DNA of 64,000 nt from Octopus sinensis (taxonomy: Eukaryota): the NCBI RefSeq assembly GCF_006345805.1, contig NC_042998.1, forward strand, positions 58,714,001 to 58,778,000. The letters are read 5' to 3'. Positions 27,001-37,838 of this stretch are shown here, piece by piece. Both the position numbers and the translations under genes were made by a program. Each line of letters starts with the position of its first letter. Positions within the stretch are counted from its first letter, which is position 1. Below the pieces are notes generated by a model. That model searched no databases. It was not told the DNA's origin and saw nothing but the letters and a program-made list of their open reading frames with translations.

Positions 27001-27969
27001 TGCGTATGTGCATTTGTATGTGTGTGTGTAAGTGCATGTGTATGTGTGTAAGTGCATTTGTATGTATGTGTACGTGCATTTGTATGTATGTGTACGTGCA
27101 TTTGTATGTATGTGTATGTGCATTTGTATGTGTGTGTATGTGCATTTGTATGTATGTATTTGTGTATGCATTTGTGTCTGTGTGCATTACTGTGTATGTA
27201 TGTGCATTTGCATGTATGTGTGTATGTGCATTTGTATATGTGCATTTGCATGTGTATGTGTGTGTGTGTATGTGCATATGTATGTGTGTGTATGTGCATT
27301 TGTGTGCATATGTGTGTATTTGTGTATGTGAGTATGTATTTGTGTGTATATGCATGCATTTGTATGTATGTATCTGTGTGTATGTGTGCAGTTTTATGTA
27401 TGTTTTTGTGTGTGTATGTGTGCATTTGTATGTATGTATGTATTTGTGTGTATGCATTTCTGTGTATGTGTGTGCATTTGTATGTGTGTGTATGTGCATT
27501 TGTATGTGTGTGTGTGTGTATGTGCATTTGTATGTATGTGTGTGTATGTGCATTTGTATGTATGTGTGAGTATGTGCATTTGTATGTATGTGTGTGTATG
27601 TGCATTTGTATGTATGTGTGTGTATGTGCATTTGTATGTGTGTGTGTACATGCATTTGTGTGTATGTATTTGTGTGTGTATGTGTGCATTTCTACGTATG
27701 TATGTATTTGTGCGTGTGTGTTTGTGTAATATTTCTATATATTCGTTGCATATGTCTAATCCAGTGAAAACTGATAACAACTTGTGCCATTTGAAACAGA
27801 ACTGATATTTGTTTTCTGCTCGTTTTTCTTTTAGCATGGTATTGATTCCAACACTCCAATTCCTTACTCTCACATTGATGTTGCTGGTTCCAGCGGACCA
27901 TTTCCAGGTGTCCCTACTGGAGCTCCTGTTTTGGCTCTATCCAGTCACTACGTTCTCCCTCGTATCTGA
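1417..27969 (+). CDS. M17 leucyl/cytosol aminopeptidase (W07G4.4-like), 5'-partial, 12 coding exons in window
   Basis: Spliced by hand: 1417-1525, 3968-4092, 5425-5530, 7259-7334, 10380-10465, 13352-13456, 13761-13836, 15579-15697, 17243-17326, 18395-18502, 25351-25482, 27835-27969. All introns GT..AG, frame continuous. Motifs VGKGITYDTGGHDIK, MHRDKCG, NTDAEGR, TIATLTG, HIDVAG. Confidence 0.95.
1793..2179 (-). mobile_element. tRNA-derived SINE family A, full copy
   Basis: A/B-box head (tggcccagtggttagg...ggtttcgattcc); 12-bp TSD ATTCTGTGCTTT at 1781-1792 and 2180-2191; near-identical to 36716-37100. Confidence 0.9.
2574..2943 (-). mobile_element. RTE-type LINE 3' end with internal ~60-bp tandem repeats and (GAT)n tail
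   Basis: Same 3' UTR as the RT-bearing copy at 9180-10163; also about 10810-11348, 14320-14565, 15240-15520, 23576-23815, 24470-24967, 26200-26420. Confidence 0.8.
3532..3785 (+). mobile_element. CR1/L2-group LINE 3' end
   Basis: RGHSEKIY...FSLRVADPWNKLPDEIV...FKVSLD* (stop 3706-3708), typical ORF2 C-terminus, then 3' UTR with AATAAA. Confidence 0.8.
3968..4092 (+). CDS. aminopeptidase exon B (PIEIREDVPE...ALEEGR)
   Basis: tttttag acceptor, gtatgt donor, open frame. Confidence 0.92.
4133..4528. mobile_element. MITE, Merlin-like, copy 1
   Basis: TIR GGATCTTTTCGGTTTGAA(T/C)GGCAGTTTT; perfect 8-bp TSD AAAATTAC. Confidence 0.85.
5425..5530 (+). CDS. aminopeptidase exon C (VVTRDIGGSDPERMAAPKV...)
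   Basis: ttttag / gtaatt; RDIGGSDPERM motif. Confidence 0.95.
6341..6903 (-). mobile_element. internally deleted mariner element
   Basis: TIR TTGGGTTGTCCGGAAAGTT, TA flanks, transposase C-terminus WDVLPHPPYSPDIAPSDFHLF (6414-6698); a second copy of one end lies at 8933-9111. Confidence 0.9.
7259..7334 (+). CDS. aminopeptidase exon D (ITVQSNVGELEKSYPLLGAVNRATR)
   Basis: ttctag / gtaagt; YPLxxAVNRA motif. Confidence 0.92.
7423..7848. mobile_element. MITE, Merlin-like, copy 2 (inverted relative to copies 1 and 3)
   Basis: Same TIRs; TSD GTTTAAGC/GTTTAACC. Confidence 0.85.
9180..10163 (+). mobile_element. decayed RTE (Bov-B-like) LINE, 5'-truncated
   Basis: LEVIDSFCYLGDQV...ARIRIAWLKFRELLP...GRLYDACV..MLHGSET RT C-terminus with stops; 3' UTR ends in (GAT)n. 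Confidence 0.85.
10380..10465 (+). CDS. aminopeptidase exon E (LERHAARVLLLEY...LVGK)
   Basis: tttaag / gtattt; ends in the LVGK metal-site lysine. Confidence 0.93.
11608..12058. mobile_element. fold-back insertion: tRNA-like head plus hammerhead-bearing PLE-type body
   Basis: Inverted arms 11607-11793 and 11820-12027; 12-bp TSD GATTATAATAAT at 11596-11607 and 12059-12070. Confidence 0.85.
11655..11700 (-). ncRNA. minimal type I hammerhead ribozyme-like motif (C3-G8 core)
   Basis: Minus strand GACAC-CTGATGA-a-GGCTG...TGGCC-GAAA-tgtt-ATGTT; degenerate sister copy on + at 11937-11979. Confidence 0.7.
13352..13456 (+). CDS. aminopeptidase exon F (GITYDTGGHDIKAGGHMAGMHRDKCGAAAVAGFFK)
   Basis: atgcag / gtaaga; catalytic motif. 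Confidence 0.97.
13761..13836 (+). CDS. aminopeptidase exon G (VLSILKPKGIKVTGSMSMVRNSVGP)
   Basis: ttgcag / gtaagc. Confidence 0.94.
13912..14320 (-). mobile_element. Tc1/mariner-superfamily transposase C-terminus plus TIR
   Basis: TA-CAGGGTGTCCC end; minus-strand HSPDLTNPDFFLW.YLKDRVY...GCHLSDVIF. Confidence 0.7.
15579..15697 (+). CDS. aminopeptidase exon H (GYVADEIV...GNTDAEGRMVMADLLCYMKEQ)
   Basis: ttatag / gtttgt; NTDAEGR M17 signature. Confidence 0.97.
16540..16975 (+). pseudogene. Helitron PIF1-type helicase relic
   Basis: Frameshifted LKVGA..NLDAPKLHNGTKL..VIEAIIMTGCIKGEVIFI..LQFPV.MSF.MTI.K, matching the PIF1 C-terminal motifs. Confidence 0.75.
17243..17326 (+). CDS. aminopeptidase exon I (AKGVKNAHIFTIATLTGHAVLAMGPDYT)
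   Basis: gtacag / gtaagt; ATLTG motif. Confidence 0.96.
17370..17650. mobile_element. fold-back PLE-type terminal-repeat insertion
   Basis: Inverted arms 17486-17565 and 17570-17649; 13-bp TSD AAGATATATTAGG at 17357-17369 and 17651-17663. Confidence 0.85.
17581..17627 (+). ncRNA. hammerhead-like motif with G3-C8 core
   Basis: TGTCA-GTGAACA-g-(G/T)TCGC...GCGAC-GAAA-atattt-TGACA; mirror copy on - at about 17507-17554. Confidence 0.65.
18395..18502 (+). CDS. aminopeptidase exon J (AVMDNGPA...GDLFEISNIRRE)
   Basis: ctgcag / gtaaaa. Confidence 0.95.
19157..19453 (-). mobile_element. SINE, family A head with a different tail
   Basis: tRNA-like head; 12-bp TSD CAACTCTAAGCT. Confidence 0.8.
20754..20982 (-). 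mobile_element. tRNA-derived SINE family C, full copy
   Basis: Head ggcgagctggcagaaacgttagc...gagttcaaattcc; tail GCCCCTTGTGGGTAGTAAAGAAAT; many partial copies across the window. Confidence 0.85.
21900..23250 (-). mobile_element. decayed Penelope-like element (GIY-YIG C-terminus plus Thr/Asn-rich segment)
   Basis: Minus-strand TSLASHIWHLKNQETPCDIRWKII...KICITERTKIL...NSCKEICSKRVH; boundaries approximate. Confidence 0.6.
25351..25482 (+). CDS. aminopeptidase exon K (DYSFHAGKSEYEDVLQCNN...RGHQTPAAFLILASGMDK)
   Basis: taccag / gtaagt. Confidence 0.95.
26820..27730. repeat. compound minisatellite (TATGTGCATTTGTATGTATG(TG)n units)
   Basis: Recurrent TGCATT anchor every ~20-28 nt in (TG)/(TATG) repeats. 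Confidence 0.95.
27835..27969 (+). CDS. aminopeptidase last exon (HGIDSNTPIPYSHIDVAG...VLPRI*)
   Basis: ttttag acceptor; TGA at 27967-27969. Confidence 0.95.
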   Translation, partial: HGIDSNTPIPYSHIDVAGSSGPFPGVPTGAPVLALSSHYVLPRI

Positions 27970-28087
27970 AAAATCATTCCAAAACAAAATGAAATACAAT
28001 AGAGAAATATTTGATTTCCTTGTATTAATTCTAATAAGATTATTTTTCTCGATCTATTTTTTGATTCCTATTTGAAATCTTAACAGT

Positions 28088-28093
28088 AATAAA
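28088..28093 (+). promoter_or_regulatory. likely polyadenylation signal of the aminopeptidase gene
   Basis: AATAAA about 120 nt after the stop, followed by T/CT-rich sequence. Confidence 0.6.
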
Positions 28094-28699
28094 GATCACT
28101 CTTCAAAATTTCTTTGTCTCTCTCTCTCTCTTTTATAAAAAGCTTTAAAGATATTTTTCCTTTTCCCTTTCTTTTACTTATTATTCTCAAATTTCACTTG
28201 CTTATCTTTTATCGTTTCACTTGTCCCAGTCATTAGACTGTGGCCATGCTGGGGTACTGCCTTGAAGAATTTTTAGTCAAACAAATTGGCCTTAGTACTA
28301 ATTTTTTTTTTTTTTTGTGTAAAGCCTGGCACTTATTCTATCAGTCTCTTTTGCTTAACTGCTAAGTTACAGGGACATAAACACAGTGACACTGGTTGTC
28401 AAGCAATAGTGGGAAACACCCCCCTCCCCGCACACACAACAGATTTCTTTCAGTCGTTATTTACCAAATCTACTCAAAGCTATGGTGCCACACAGTGGGA
28501 CTGAACCTGGGATGATGTGGTTGGTAAACAAGTATCTTACCACACAGCCACACCTGTGCCTGTAGATTATACACACAAACAATGGGCTCTTAGTTTCCAT
28601 CTACTAAATTTAGTCACTAAGTTGGCCTGTACCTATAGTAGATATTTGTCCAAGTATTCAAGTTTCTTAACTGCATAACCATTCCTAATCTTGTTTACT

Positions 28700-29075
28700 C
28701 TTTTACTCTCTTTTACTTGTTTCAGTCATTTGACTGTGGCCATGCTGGAGCACCACCTTTAGTCGAGCAAATTGACCCCCAAACTTATTCTTTGTAAGCC
28801 TAGTACTTATTGTATCGGTCTCTTTTGCCGAACCGCTAAGTTACGGGGACGTAAACACACCAGCTTCAGTTGTCAAGCGATGTTGCGGGGGACAAACACA
28901 CACACACACACATACATATATACGACGGACTTCTTTCAGTTCCCACCTACTAAATCCACTCACAAAGCTTTGGTCAGCCTGAGGCTATAGTAGAAGAAGA
29001 TGCCATGCAGTGGGACTGAACCCAGAACGATGTGGTTGGTAAGAAAGCTACTTACCACACAGCCACTCCTGCACC
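28700..29075 (-). mobile_element. SINE family B (CORE-like box, internal TA/TG microsatellite)
   Basis: Head gcaggagtggctgtgtggtaag...gggttcagtccc; tail gtcaaatgactgaaacaagtaaaagag. Confidence 0.85.
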
Positions 29076-29615
29076 TTGAAGTTAATTGAAAATTATCCTC
29101 ATAGCTTGAAGGAAGTTATTAAGCATAAAGGAGACAGTATTGATTTTTAATTATTGAATTTTGTAGAGGTGCCAATAATTTTGAACAATCCAATTACTTT
29201 GTTTTTCTTTTACTCATTAAAAATAGTTTTGAAAATTTAATTTTTGTTTGTTCTTTAAACAATTTTGCATACATTGACCTTAAATCATTTATGTAGACAC
29301 TAATTTTATTGAGAAATTCAATAAAAACCCATTTTTGACTAGGGGTGCCAATAATTGTGTGCATGAGTGTGTATGACTAAAAGAGGCTGAAATCACGTGA
29401 TCTGGTAGTCCTGGCATTGGAAATAAGTGTCTGCCACTGGTGATAGCTATTATGTGCTTTTATGCACTGAAAATCCATATGGAAGCCTTTCTTGCTTGGT
29501 AAATATCACAGTATTTGTGTGTTTTAGTGCAGTATACACTTTTAAGTGGTGAATATTTTACCTTTTGGTATTAATGCTTCAATCTCCCCCTTCACTCTCT
29601 CTCTCTCTCTCTCAA

Positions 29616-29645
<30 letters not shown>

Positions 29646-29648
<3 letters not shown>

Positions 29649-29849
29649 TCTTTTACTTGTTTCAGTCATTTGACTGCGGCCATGCTGGAGCACCACCTTT
29701 TAGTCGAGCAAATCGACCCCGGGACTTATTCTTTGTAAGCCCAGTACTTATTCTATCGGTCTCTTTTGCCGAACCGCTAAATGACGGGGATGTAAACACA
29801 CCAGCATCGGTTGTCAAGCAATGCTAGGGTGACGAACACAGACACACAA

Positions 29850-29898
<49 letters not shown>

Positions 29899-30056
29899 TA
29901 CGATGGGCTTCTTTTCAGTTTCTGTCTACCAAATCCACTCACAAGGCATTGGTCGGCCCGGGGCTATAGCAGAAGACACTTGCCCAAGATGCCACGCAGT
30001 GGGACTGAACCCGGAACCATGTGGTTGGTTAGCAAGCTACTTACCACACAGCCACA
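29646..30056 (-). mobile_element. SINE family B copy (others about 8318-8610, 23820-25155 split, 46065-46410, 60942-61107)
   Basis: Near-identical to 28700-29075. Confidence 0.85.
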
Positions 30057-30664
30057 ATAGGGTAATAAGAAATTATTATTGTCAGTGGCCTAGCACAGAA
30101 ACGAATTAGTCATTAGACAATATATAATTCACATAGAAATACAATAAGAGGCTTCCAAATAGGAAAGCCTTGTGCTAGAAAGAACAGTAGAAAACTCAAA
30201 CCACCAAATAAGGATAAATTCTCGAAAGGAATGACAATTAAAAACGTTTACCATCTCAATTATTTCCCAGACCATGGTTTCTAACTATTTCCAGCAAAAA
30301 AATATTTGCTGAAGCCCAGTTTCATCAGTGGGACAGCCTTTCGATTTCAAATATACGCACAGCCAGATCCACATGTAAAACTAACTGCCTGTATATCCTA
30401 ACTTTTCAGACCACTGTGCAGACGCAGATTATACCCGGAGACAGAGAAGATGCCAGTAAAAATTTCAAACAAATTTATCAAAGAATATTTAAACATAATA
30501 AATAACAATAGGGTAATAAGAAATTATAATTACCAGTGGCCTAGCACAAAAACGAATTAGTCATTAGACTATTTATATTTCACATAGAAATACAATAAGA
30601 AGCTTCCAAATAGGAAAGCCTTGTGCTAGAAAGAGCAGTAGAAAACTCAAACCACCAAATAAGG

Positions 30665-31031
30665 TGGCTTGTGCTAGGAGAGTTTTGTATCTCTTCAGCA
30701 GCCTCAAGTTTTGGTCTCCTAATTCTGATTATATGTGTGAGGCATGATTGAAAAAGACATCCACTACTCTACCTGTAACACCAAAGCCAAGCTGGTGGCC
30801 AATATGAGAAAAATGTTCAGAGATCTTCCCAGGAAAGCAGTGAGGAATGCATGCACCAGGTTCCAGAGATGTCTTGAGGTTGTGGCAGAACCTGAGAGCA
30901 TCTACTTTGAGTAAACTGTTCTCCCTGTCATAATTTCATTGATATTTTTTGATTTTTAAAAATATCTTTACTTTTGGATTTTACTTCTTTTCCTTTTATG
31001 GAAACTGCCAAATTTAGCCCCAACCCCCTAT
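30665..31031 (+). mobile_element. Tc1/mariner-superfamily transposase C-terminal fragment plus terminus
   Basis: FWSPNS..DY..GMIEKDI...AVRNACTRFQRCLEVVAE..YFE*. Confidence 0.6.
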
Positions 31032-32507
31032 ATTTTTATTATATATCTAGAACTAGATAATTCCGTATATAGTGTAATTTGAGGGTGATGAGGCAGCTAT
31101 TACTAGCAGGTAGACCTCCTGTGCTTGGTGATTATTTATATTGTTAGTGTTATTTAGCCCAAGGTTAATTTTAACTGAACTGCTCATGTGTATGCCATGT
31201 TTTCCCAGGCTCAATCTACCCAATGCCACAGTATTCAAATATGTTCTTGTCTATAACAGGATGTAATTTGAGGGATATTTGACTGCTATTGCAAACAGAC
31301 TGAACTCTGTTATTGGCTCATCTTACTTTCTTAGTTGTTTAGTTCCAAGTCAGCTTTGATGAAACAGACCTATGATCAGACATTCCGGCAGTGACCATCC
31401 TCCCTTTTTTTCCCCTTTGTACAGAGAATCTGGGACTGCATTATATGCTGCTTATTTATAAGGCTACAATATGATTTAAAGGACTTTTGACTGTTATTTC
31501 TAGTAAGTCGAGTGACCACATAAAAGCTCCCTCAATTTGTTGGTTGTTGGTTATTTTCCATGCTGTAATGAGATTAGACAATTACTGTAATAAGATCAAT
31601 TTTTGCTCATTACATAAGTAGAAACTTGTTTATTTTGGACAGTAAATTTATTTTAAGTCACAATACCACTGGCTTGAATCAATAGAAGAAGATAATTACG
31701 ATATGTCTGCTGGTTGATGGTTCACTGATTTTCTGCACTGTGTGTCCTGAACAATTTCTTAGCTACAAACAATACTGTTGCTTACATCTTCACTGTAAGT
31801 TACTTAGAACTCTCCAACCCAAATAGCAATCTATAAAACTTTGGACAAAGAAATATCAACCGCATCATTTTTAACAAAATGTTTTCCATGTTATCTCATT
31901 GGTTTAGTGGATATGCAAAACTGTGAGTTATCCTTAGAAAATTTTTGCCTAGAATTCTGTACATTTGATATGGCTGCAGTTTGTAACAACTTTAATTCCT
32001 CCACTTCAACCTCCTCTTCCTCATCCTCTTGTCCACATCCTCCTCCTCCTTGACCTTGTACTTGTCCTCCTCATCCTCCTTGCCTACTTTGTCCTCATCG
32101 TCCTCGTTGTCCTCCTCCTCATCATAAAAATCACCATCATCATCACTGACACTGATATCATCACCATCACCATTACCAATCATCATCACCACTATCATCA
32201 TCATCATCATCATCATCACTATCATCATCATTATTATTTTAATGTTCACTTTTCCATGCTTGCATGGGTTAGTGGTATTAATTGAGACAAATTTTATGCA
32301 GCCAGATGCTGTTTTTGTTGCCGGCTGTCACTTGTTTCTAAGCAAGATAATATTTCTCCATGATCAGACATGTTTTCATGAAAGATTGAAAATGAATGAC
32401 ACTGCTTGCACGATAATAACACATGTTTATAATTGTCATACAATATTAAGACGAGGTGGCACAAACACACATACATATGCACACACATGCATGCACAAGC
32501 ACATGTT

Positions 32508-32540
<33 letters not shown>

Positions 32541-32689
32541 GCTGAGACCCCCTTCGGTCATGACTGACCATGGGATTGCACCTAGAAGGTTACCCTCCGA
32601 GGCACAAGTCCGAGCAAGGTTGTTTATGGAAGACCAGCAGTCGTCCATGCATACCGGCTTCCCCTCTCTGCGCCACCAATGTTTTTGGG

Positions 32690-33775
32690 TCTGAATAAAA
32701 ATGAATAATATTATCAATACACATAAAATCCTTAAATGCAAAAGGCAACATAAATCTTTGAAAAAACTCTTAACAAATGCCAAACTTCAGACACTACATC
32801 CACTCCCATCAGTTAAAAATTGTGCAGGCCATAACTGTGGTACCTGCCCCTTCCTACTTGAAGGCTCTGAATATACTTTCAAACAAGGAACAAAGTTTAA
32901 AATCTCCTGTTCCTCTGAGAACCTCATCTACGTTCTCACATGCGCCGGTTGCCAACACAATTATGTTGGACAAACGAAGAAGAGTAGCGGTTCATAAAGA
33001 ACAGATAAATCTCCCACAATACCGTCAAATTCCACTAAGTAGCCACATAGACTCTTGCGCTAGAGATAAAAATCCCAAATTTCACATATTCCCTTTCTAC
33101 CACTGTAAAGACGGAATCTCTACACAAGAAAGAATCAACAAGGAGAATCTTTTTATTGAAAAGTTCCAAACGCATCTTAATATGCAAACTCCACGATTAC
33201 CATACTCCTTTTTCTAGCATCCTATCTGACAAAAAATTGATATAAGCATCCTGTTTGACAAAAATCCATCTTTCCAATTAAAGAGCATAAAATCCACAGA
33301 ATTGTCTCCCCTTACTCATAGGAACTGGATAACTCCTATCCCATTTCCTGTTTTGACACACATTCACCCAACGCTTTAAACTAAGCACTACATTTAAGCA
33401 CATGGATCCTAATCCTTCAAAGAAGTTTTTCCAAGGACTATTATTGAACTCTAAAAGCATAAAGACTCTAAAATGTATTGGTATACTTATTTATTAGTTT
33501 TTGTATATATGTATTATTATTTTTTTGAAAAAAACATTGTAAATTTCTTTTTTTTTCCCCTTTCTCAATTTAAAAAAATTTCTTTTCCACTTACAAATCT
33601 TGAAAATTTGCTTTGCAATGAAAATCGGTATGATTTATTATTATTTTTTTTTAATTTTCCATACACCCATCTTTATTAAAATTTGCTTTCAATTTAACAT
33701 TCTGCTTTATTATGATTTTCCCTCTCCTATCATTTCTCCACGTGCGGTCAACACAACCCCACCATTTACTGATTT
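32690..33775 (+). mobile_element. Penelope-like element 3' part: Cys-rich linker, GIY-YIG endonuclease and terminal repeat
   Basis: CAGHNCGTC...SCSSENLIYVLTCAGCQHNYVGQT / RVAVHKEQI...SHIDSC...ERINKENLFIEKF (frameshifted, stop 33217); hammerhead-like motif at 33595-33636. Confidence 0.85.
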
Positions 33776-33835
33776 ATATGTATATATATATATTTCTTTA
33801 CTACCCTCAAGGGGCTAAACACAGAGGGGACAAAC

Positions 33836-33892
<57 letters not shown>

Positions 33893-33895
<3 letters not shown>

Positions 33896-35255
33896 TATCT
33901 CACAGAAGTATGTACACTCAAAAAAAATTTCAGTAAAATTGCCATTACTCTGATTATAGCGGAGGAAATCAAATGAAATTTATGCTGAATAAAATATATT
34001 ATTTATGCTAGCATTATACAAATTTGGAACACAAAACAATGAAGATTTTCAAAGATATGAACGAAATATTAACTTTCAAAAGTTACAAAAATATGTACAC
34101 CCTAAGGGAAATTTGCTATATTTAATGTTTTGTCCACTTTTTATTAATTAAATTCAAATATTGTCGATAATTTCAATTCTAATAAATTATTTCTCCCGGC
34201 ACTTTTGCACTGGTGGTTGTTATTGCATCTGCAGGAATTCTGATTCGTGTATCGTGGTGGAAATCTTCATTGTCATTAAAACGGCACCACAACTAAAAGA
34301 ATTGTCTGACGATTTAAAGAAAATTATTTTTACTTTGCACAAGAATTGTTTCGGATACAAGTTAATTAGCAGACGAATACATATTAGCGTAAACGTAGTT
34401 GACAAAGTTATTCAGAAGTACAAAGCTATTGTACGGCTAAGCAATAATCATCGCCCGAGTCGTCCATCTATTTTAACAGCACGTGATATTCTTTTCTACT
34501 CTAGGTACAAGGTCTGAAATTGTGGGGGGGGGGGACCAGTCGATGAGGTCGATCCCAGTGCACAACTGGTACTTAATTTATTGACCCCGAAAGGAGGAAA
34601 AGCATAGTCGACCGCGGCGGAATTTGAACTCAGAACGTAAAGACAGACGAAGTACCTATTTCCTTACTACCCACAAGGGGCTAAACACAGAGAGGACAAA
34701 CAAGGACAGACACACGGATTAAGTCGATTACATCGACCCCAGTGCGTAACTGGTACTTATTTAATCGACCGCGAAAGGATGAACGGGAAAGTCGACCTCG
34801 GCGGAATTTGAACTCAGAACGTAGCGGCAGACGAAATACCGCTAAGCATTTCGCCTGACTTGCTTATGTTTCTTATTTCTTTATTGTCCTCAAGGGGCTA
34901 AACATAGAGGGGACAAACAAAGACAGACAAAGGGATTAAGTCGATTACATCGACCCCAGTGCGTAACTGGTACTTAATTTATCGAACCCGAAAGGATAAA
35001 AGGCAAAGTCGACCTCGGCGGAATTTGAACTCAGAACATAGGGACAGATGAAATACCTATTTCTTTACTACCCACAAGGGGTTAAACACAGACGGGACAA
35101 ACAGACAGACAAACGGATTAAGTCGATTACATCGACCCAGTGCGTAACTGGTACTTAATTTATTGACCCCGAAAGGATGAAAGGCAAAGCCAACTTCTGC
35201 AGAATTAAATACCGTCAAGCATTTCGCCCGGCGTGCTTACGATTCTGCCAGCTCG

Positions 35256-35318
<63 letters not shown>

Positions 35319-35330
35319 TATATGTATGTA

Positions 35331-35402
<72 letters not shown>

Positions 35403-36477
35403 TGTATGTATGTATGTACGTACGTCTTCACTGCGCGTGATGTTCACCACATCCAACGTTGCGTGATGGACCACAGGCGTCGTACCGCTTCATCTTTGGT
35501 CCAAGAAGTATCTTCTGTTAGTGGAAAGAGTGTATCCGCTCAAACAGTTCGCCGAAGCTTGAACCAGTGTGGTCTTCATGGACACATTCCTCGTAGGAAG
35601 CCTCTCCTCCCTACCAGGCATAAATCAAGTCGTCTTTCTTTTACCGAAACCTATGTGAGTAAGGAGAAGAAGTTTTGGAATAAAATTCTTTTTGCTGATG
35701 AAACTAAAATCAACTTGATTGGGTCAAGTGGTGTTAAATGAGTATGGCGATGGCCAGGGGAAGATAATAGCGACAAACATACTGTACCTACCGTGAAACA
35801 CAGTGGCGGAAGTTTTATGCTTTAGGGATGCATGAGTGCAACTGAAGTCGGAGGACTCACATTTATTGAGAGAACAATGGATTCAGGGCTTTATTGTGAC
35901 ATATTGCAGTAAGCAATGTTGAAAAGTATCAAGGAACTAGGAAGACATTCCTTGTTCCAATGACCCTAATGACTCTAAACACACTTCAAAGATGACAACT
36001 AAGTTTTTATCAGATAAAAAGGTTAAGGTGTTGCCTTGGCCTATCATGTCATCTGATTTAAACCCGATGGAGCATCTTTGGGGTGTTTTGAAAAGAAAAG
36101 TTGAGGAGAAAAAATCTTGCAATGTAACACAGCTGAAAGACATTATTTAGGATGAATGGAGGTCGATTTCATCGGTTATATGCAAAAATTTAGTCGACTC
36201 TCTGCCCAGAAGACTTAATGTAGTCATTGAAAGCAAAGGCAGTCACACCAAATATTGAATATAGCAAATAATGCTTTAGAGTGTACACATTTTTGTATCG
36301 CTTGAAAATTAATATTTCGTTCATATCTTTGAAAATGTTTAATGTTTTGTGTTCCAAATATGCATAATGATTGCATGTATAATATACTTTATTCAGTATA
36401 AGTTTCGCTTGATATATTTCGATAATGACAATTTTACTGAAATTTTTTAGGGGTGTACATACTTCTGTGAGATACTG
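33893..36477 (+). mobile_element. Tc1 (DD34E) element with long IR/DR-type TIRs, interrupted
   Basis: TA-CAGTATCTCACAGAAGTATGTACAC at both ends; ~210-bp diverged TIRs with an inner direct repeat; transposase KELSDDLK..., [24 protein letters not shown] (36258), with stops. Confidence 0.92.
34491..35258 (-). mobile_element. head-to-tail array of family C SINE units inside the Tc1
   Basis: Repeated units with tails at about 34658, 34875 and 35059. Confidence 0.85.
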
Positions 36478-36715
36478 TATATGATTGTTTCTTTCAGTTT
36501 CTACCCACCAAATCCACTCACAAGGACTATAGTGAGACTGAACCCAAAGCCAAGTGGTTCGAAAACAAACTTCTTAACTACACATGCCTGTGCATTGACT
36601 GTTCACATGAAATGAGTATTCCTAATATATTTCCTTTCTCATTTTTCTAGTATTGTGCCAATGTAAGGAATGATTTGATTGTAACTACTGACATATTTAG
36701 AATACTAGCTTAAAA

Positions 36716-37100
36716 GTGGAGGCGCAATGACCCAGTGGTTAAGGCAGCGGACTCGCGGTCATAGGATCGCGGTTTCGATTCCCAGACCGGGCGTTGTGAG
36801 TGTTTATTGAGCGAAAACACCTAAAGCTCCACGAATCTTCGGCAGGAGATGGTGGTGATCCCTGCTGTACTCTTTCACCACAACTTTCTCTCACTCTTAC
36901 TTCCTGTTTCTGTTGTACCTGTATTTCAAAGGGCCGGCCTTGTCACTCTCTGTGTCACGCTGAATATCCCTGAGAACTACGTTAAGGGTACACGTGTCTG
37001 TGGAGTGCTCAGCCACTTACACGTTAATTTCACGAGCAGGCTGTTCCGTTGATTCGGATCAACCGGAACCCTCGTCGTCGTAACCGACGGAGTGCTTCTA
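36716..37100 (+). mobile_element. SINE family A, full copy
   Basis: Reverse-complement match to 1793-2179. Confidence 0.9.
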
Positions 37101-37807
37101 AAGAGACTCTGGACATAATTTTGCTATCTAGACGTCTGACATCCCACCTCTATCTTTTATGTAGTTCAAATAACAAGCTACCGGCATACTTCCTATTGCA
37201 GCTCTGTTAGTTGCCTCTTATATGATATATTGGGAGTTTTGGAAGGTTGAAGGCGTAATGTATTTAGAATAACGAGAAAATATGTCAAAATCTACCCTTG
37301 GCACCGGCGAGAAATGATTAGAGTGAACTTTTATTAGTCAATGGAAAGAACCAGGGCAACATTCGATCAAATTCTGTTTACACAAAAGAAATATTTATCC
37401 AATATGAAGCAAAAAGCTAACAATTGCAAATAGGAAAATGAGAAAATATGTATGTCAGAATATATCATTGGCATTGGCGAGAAATAATTGGGGTAAACTT
37501 AAAAAGTCAATGGAAACAAGCAGAGCAACATTCAATGTCTGTTCTTCCCTTTTTGTTACATAATCGGAAGAAATATTTATCCAATATCAAGTAAAACGCG
37601 AACAGTTACAAATAGGAAATTAGCTTCTATACATGGGGTGGAGGTCAATATTTGATTGTATTCTACAGTATTGATTATTATAGTTACCGATATTGGAAAG
37701 AAATTGTGTTGCTATGTGAAAAGTAACAAATTTATTTTTCGTATAACGTATATAAGCCTTGATTTCTAGCCATAAGACATATTGAAGAAAGGTGGGATGT
37801 GTACTAC

Positions 37808-37838
<31 letters not shown>

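Noticed and set aside
26783-27901. Long ORFs rich in HTYI/CVYM on both strands
   Set aside because: Translations of a (TG)/(TATG) minisatellite; the same applies at 35.2, 40.3-40.9, 44.5, 48, 50.4-51.3 and 53-53.9 kb.
30300-30345. Minus-strand CTGATGA near a hairpin
   Set aside because: No GAAA closing stem II; probably chance.
31965-32285. Poly-His / acidic ORFs
   Set aside because: (CCT)/(CAT) trinucleotide repeats adjoining an old RTE tail.
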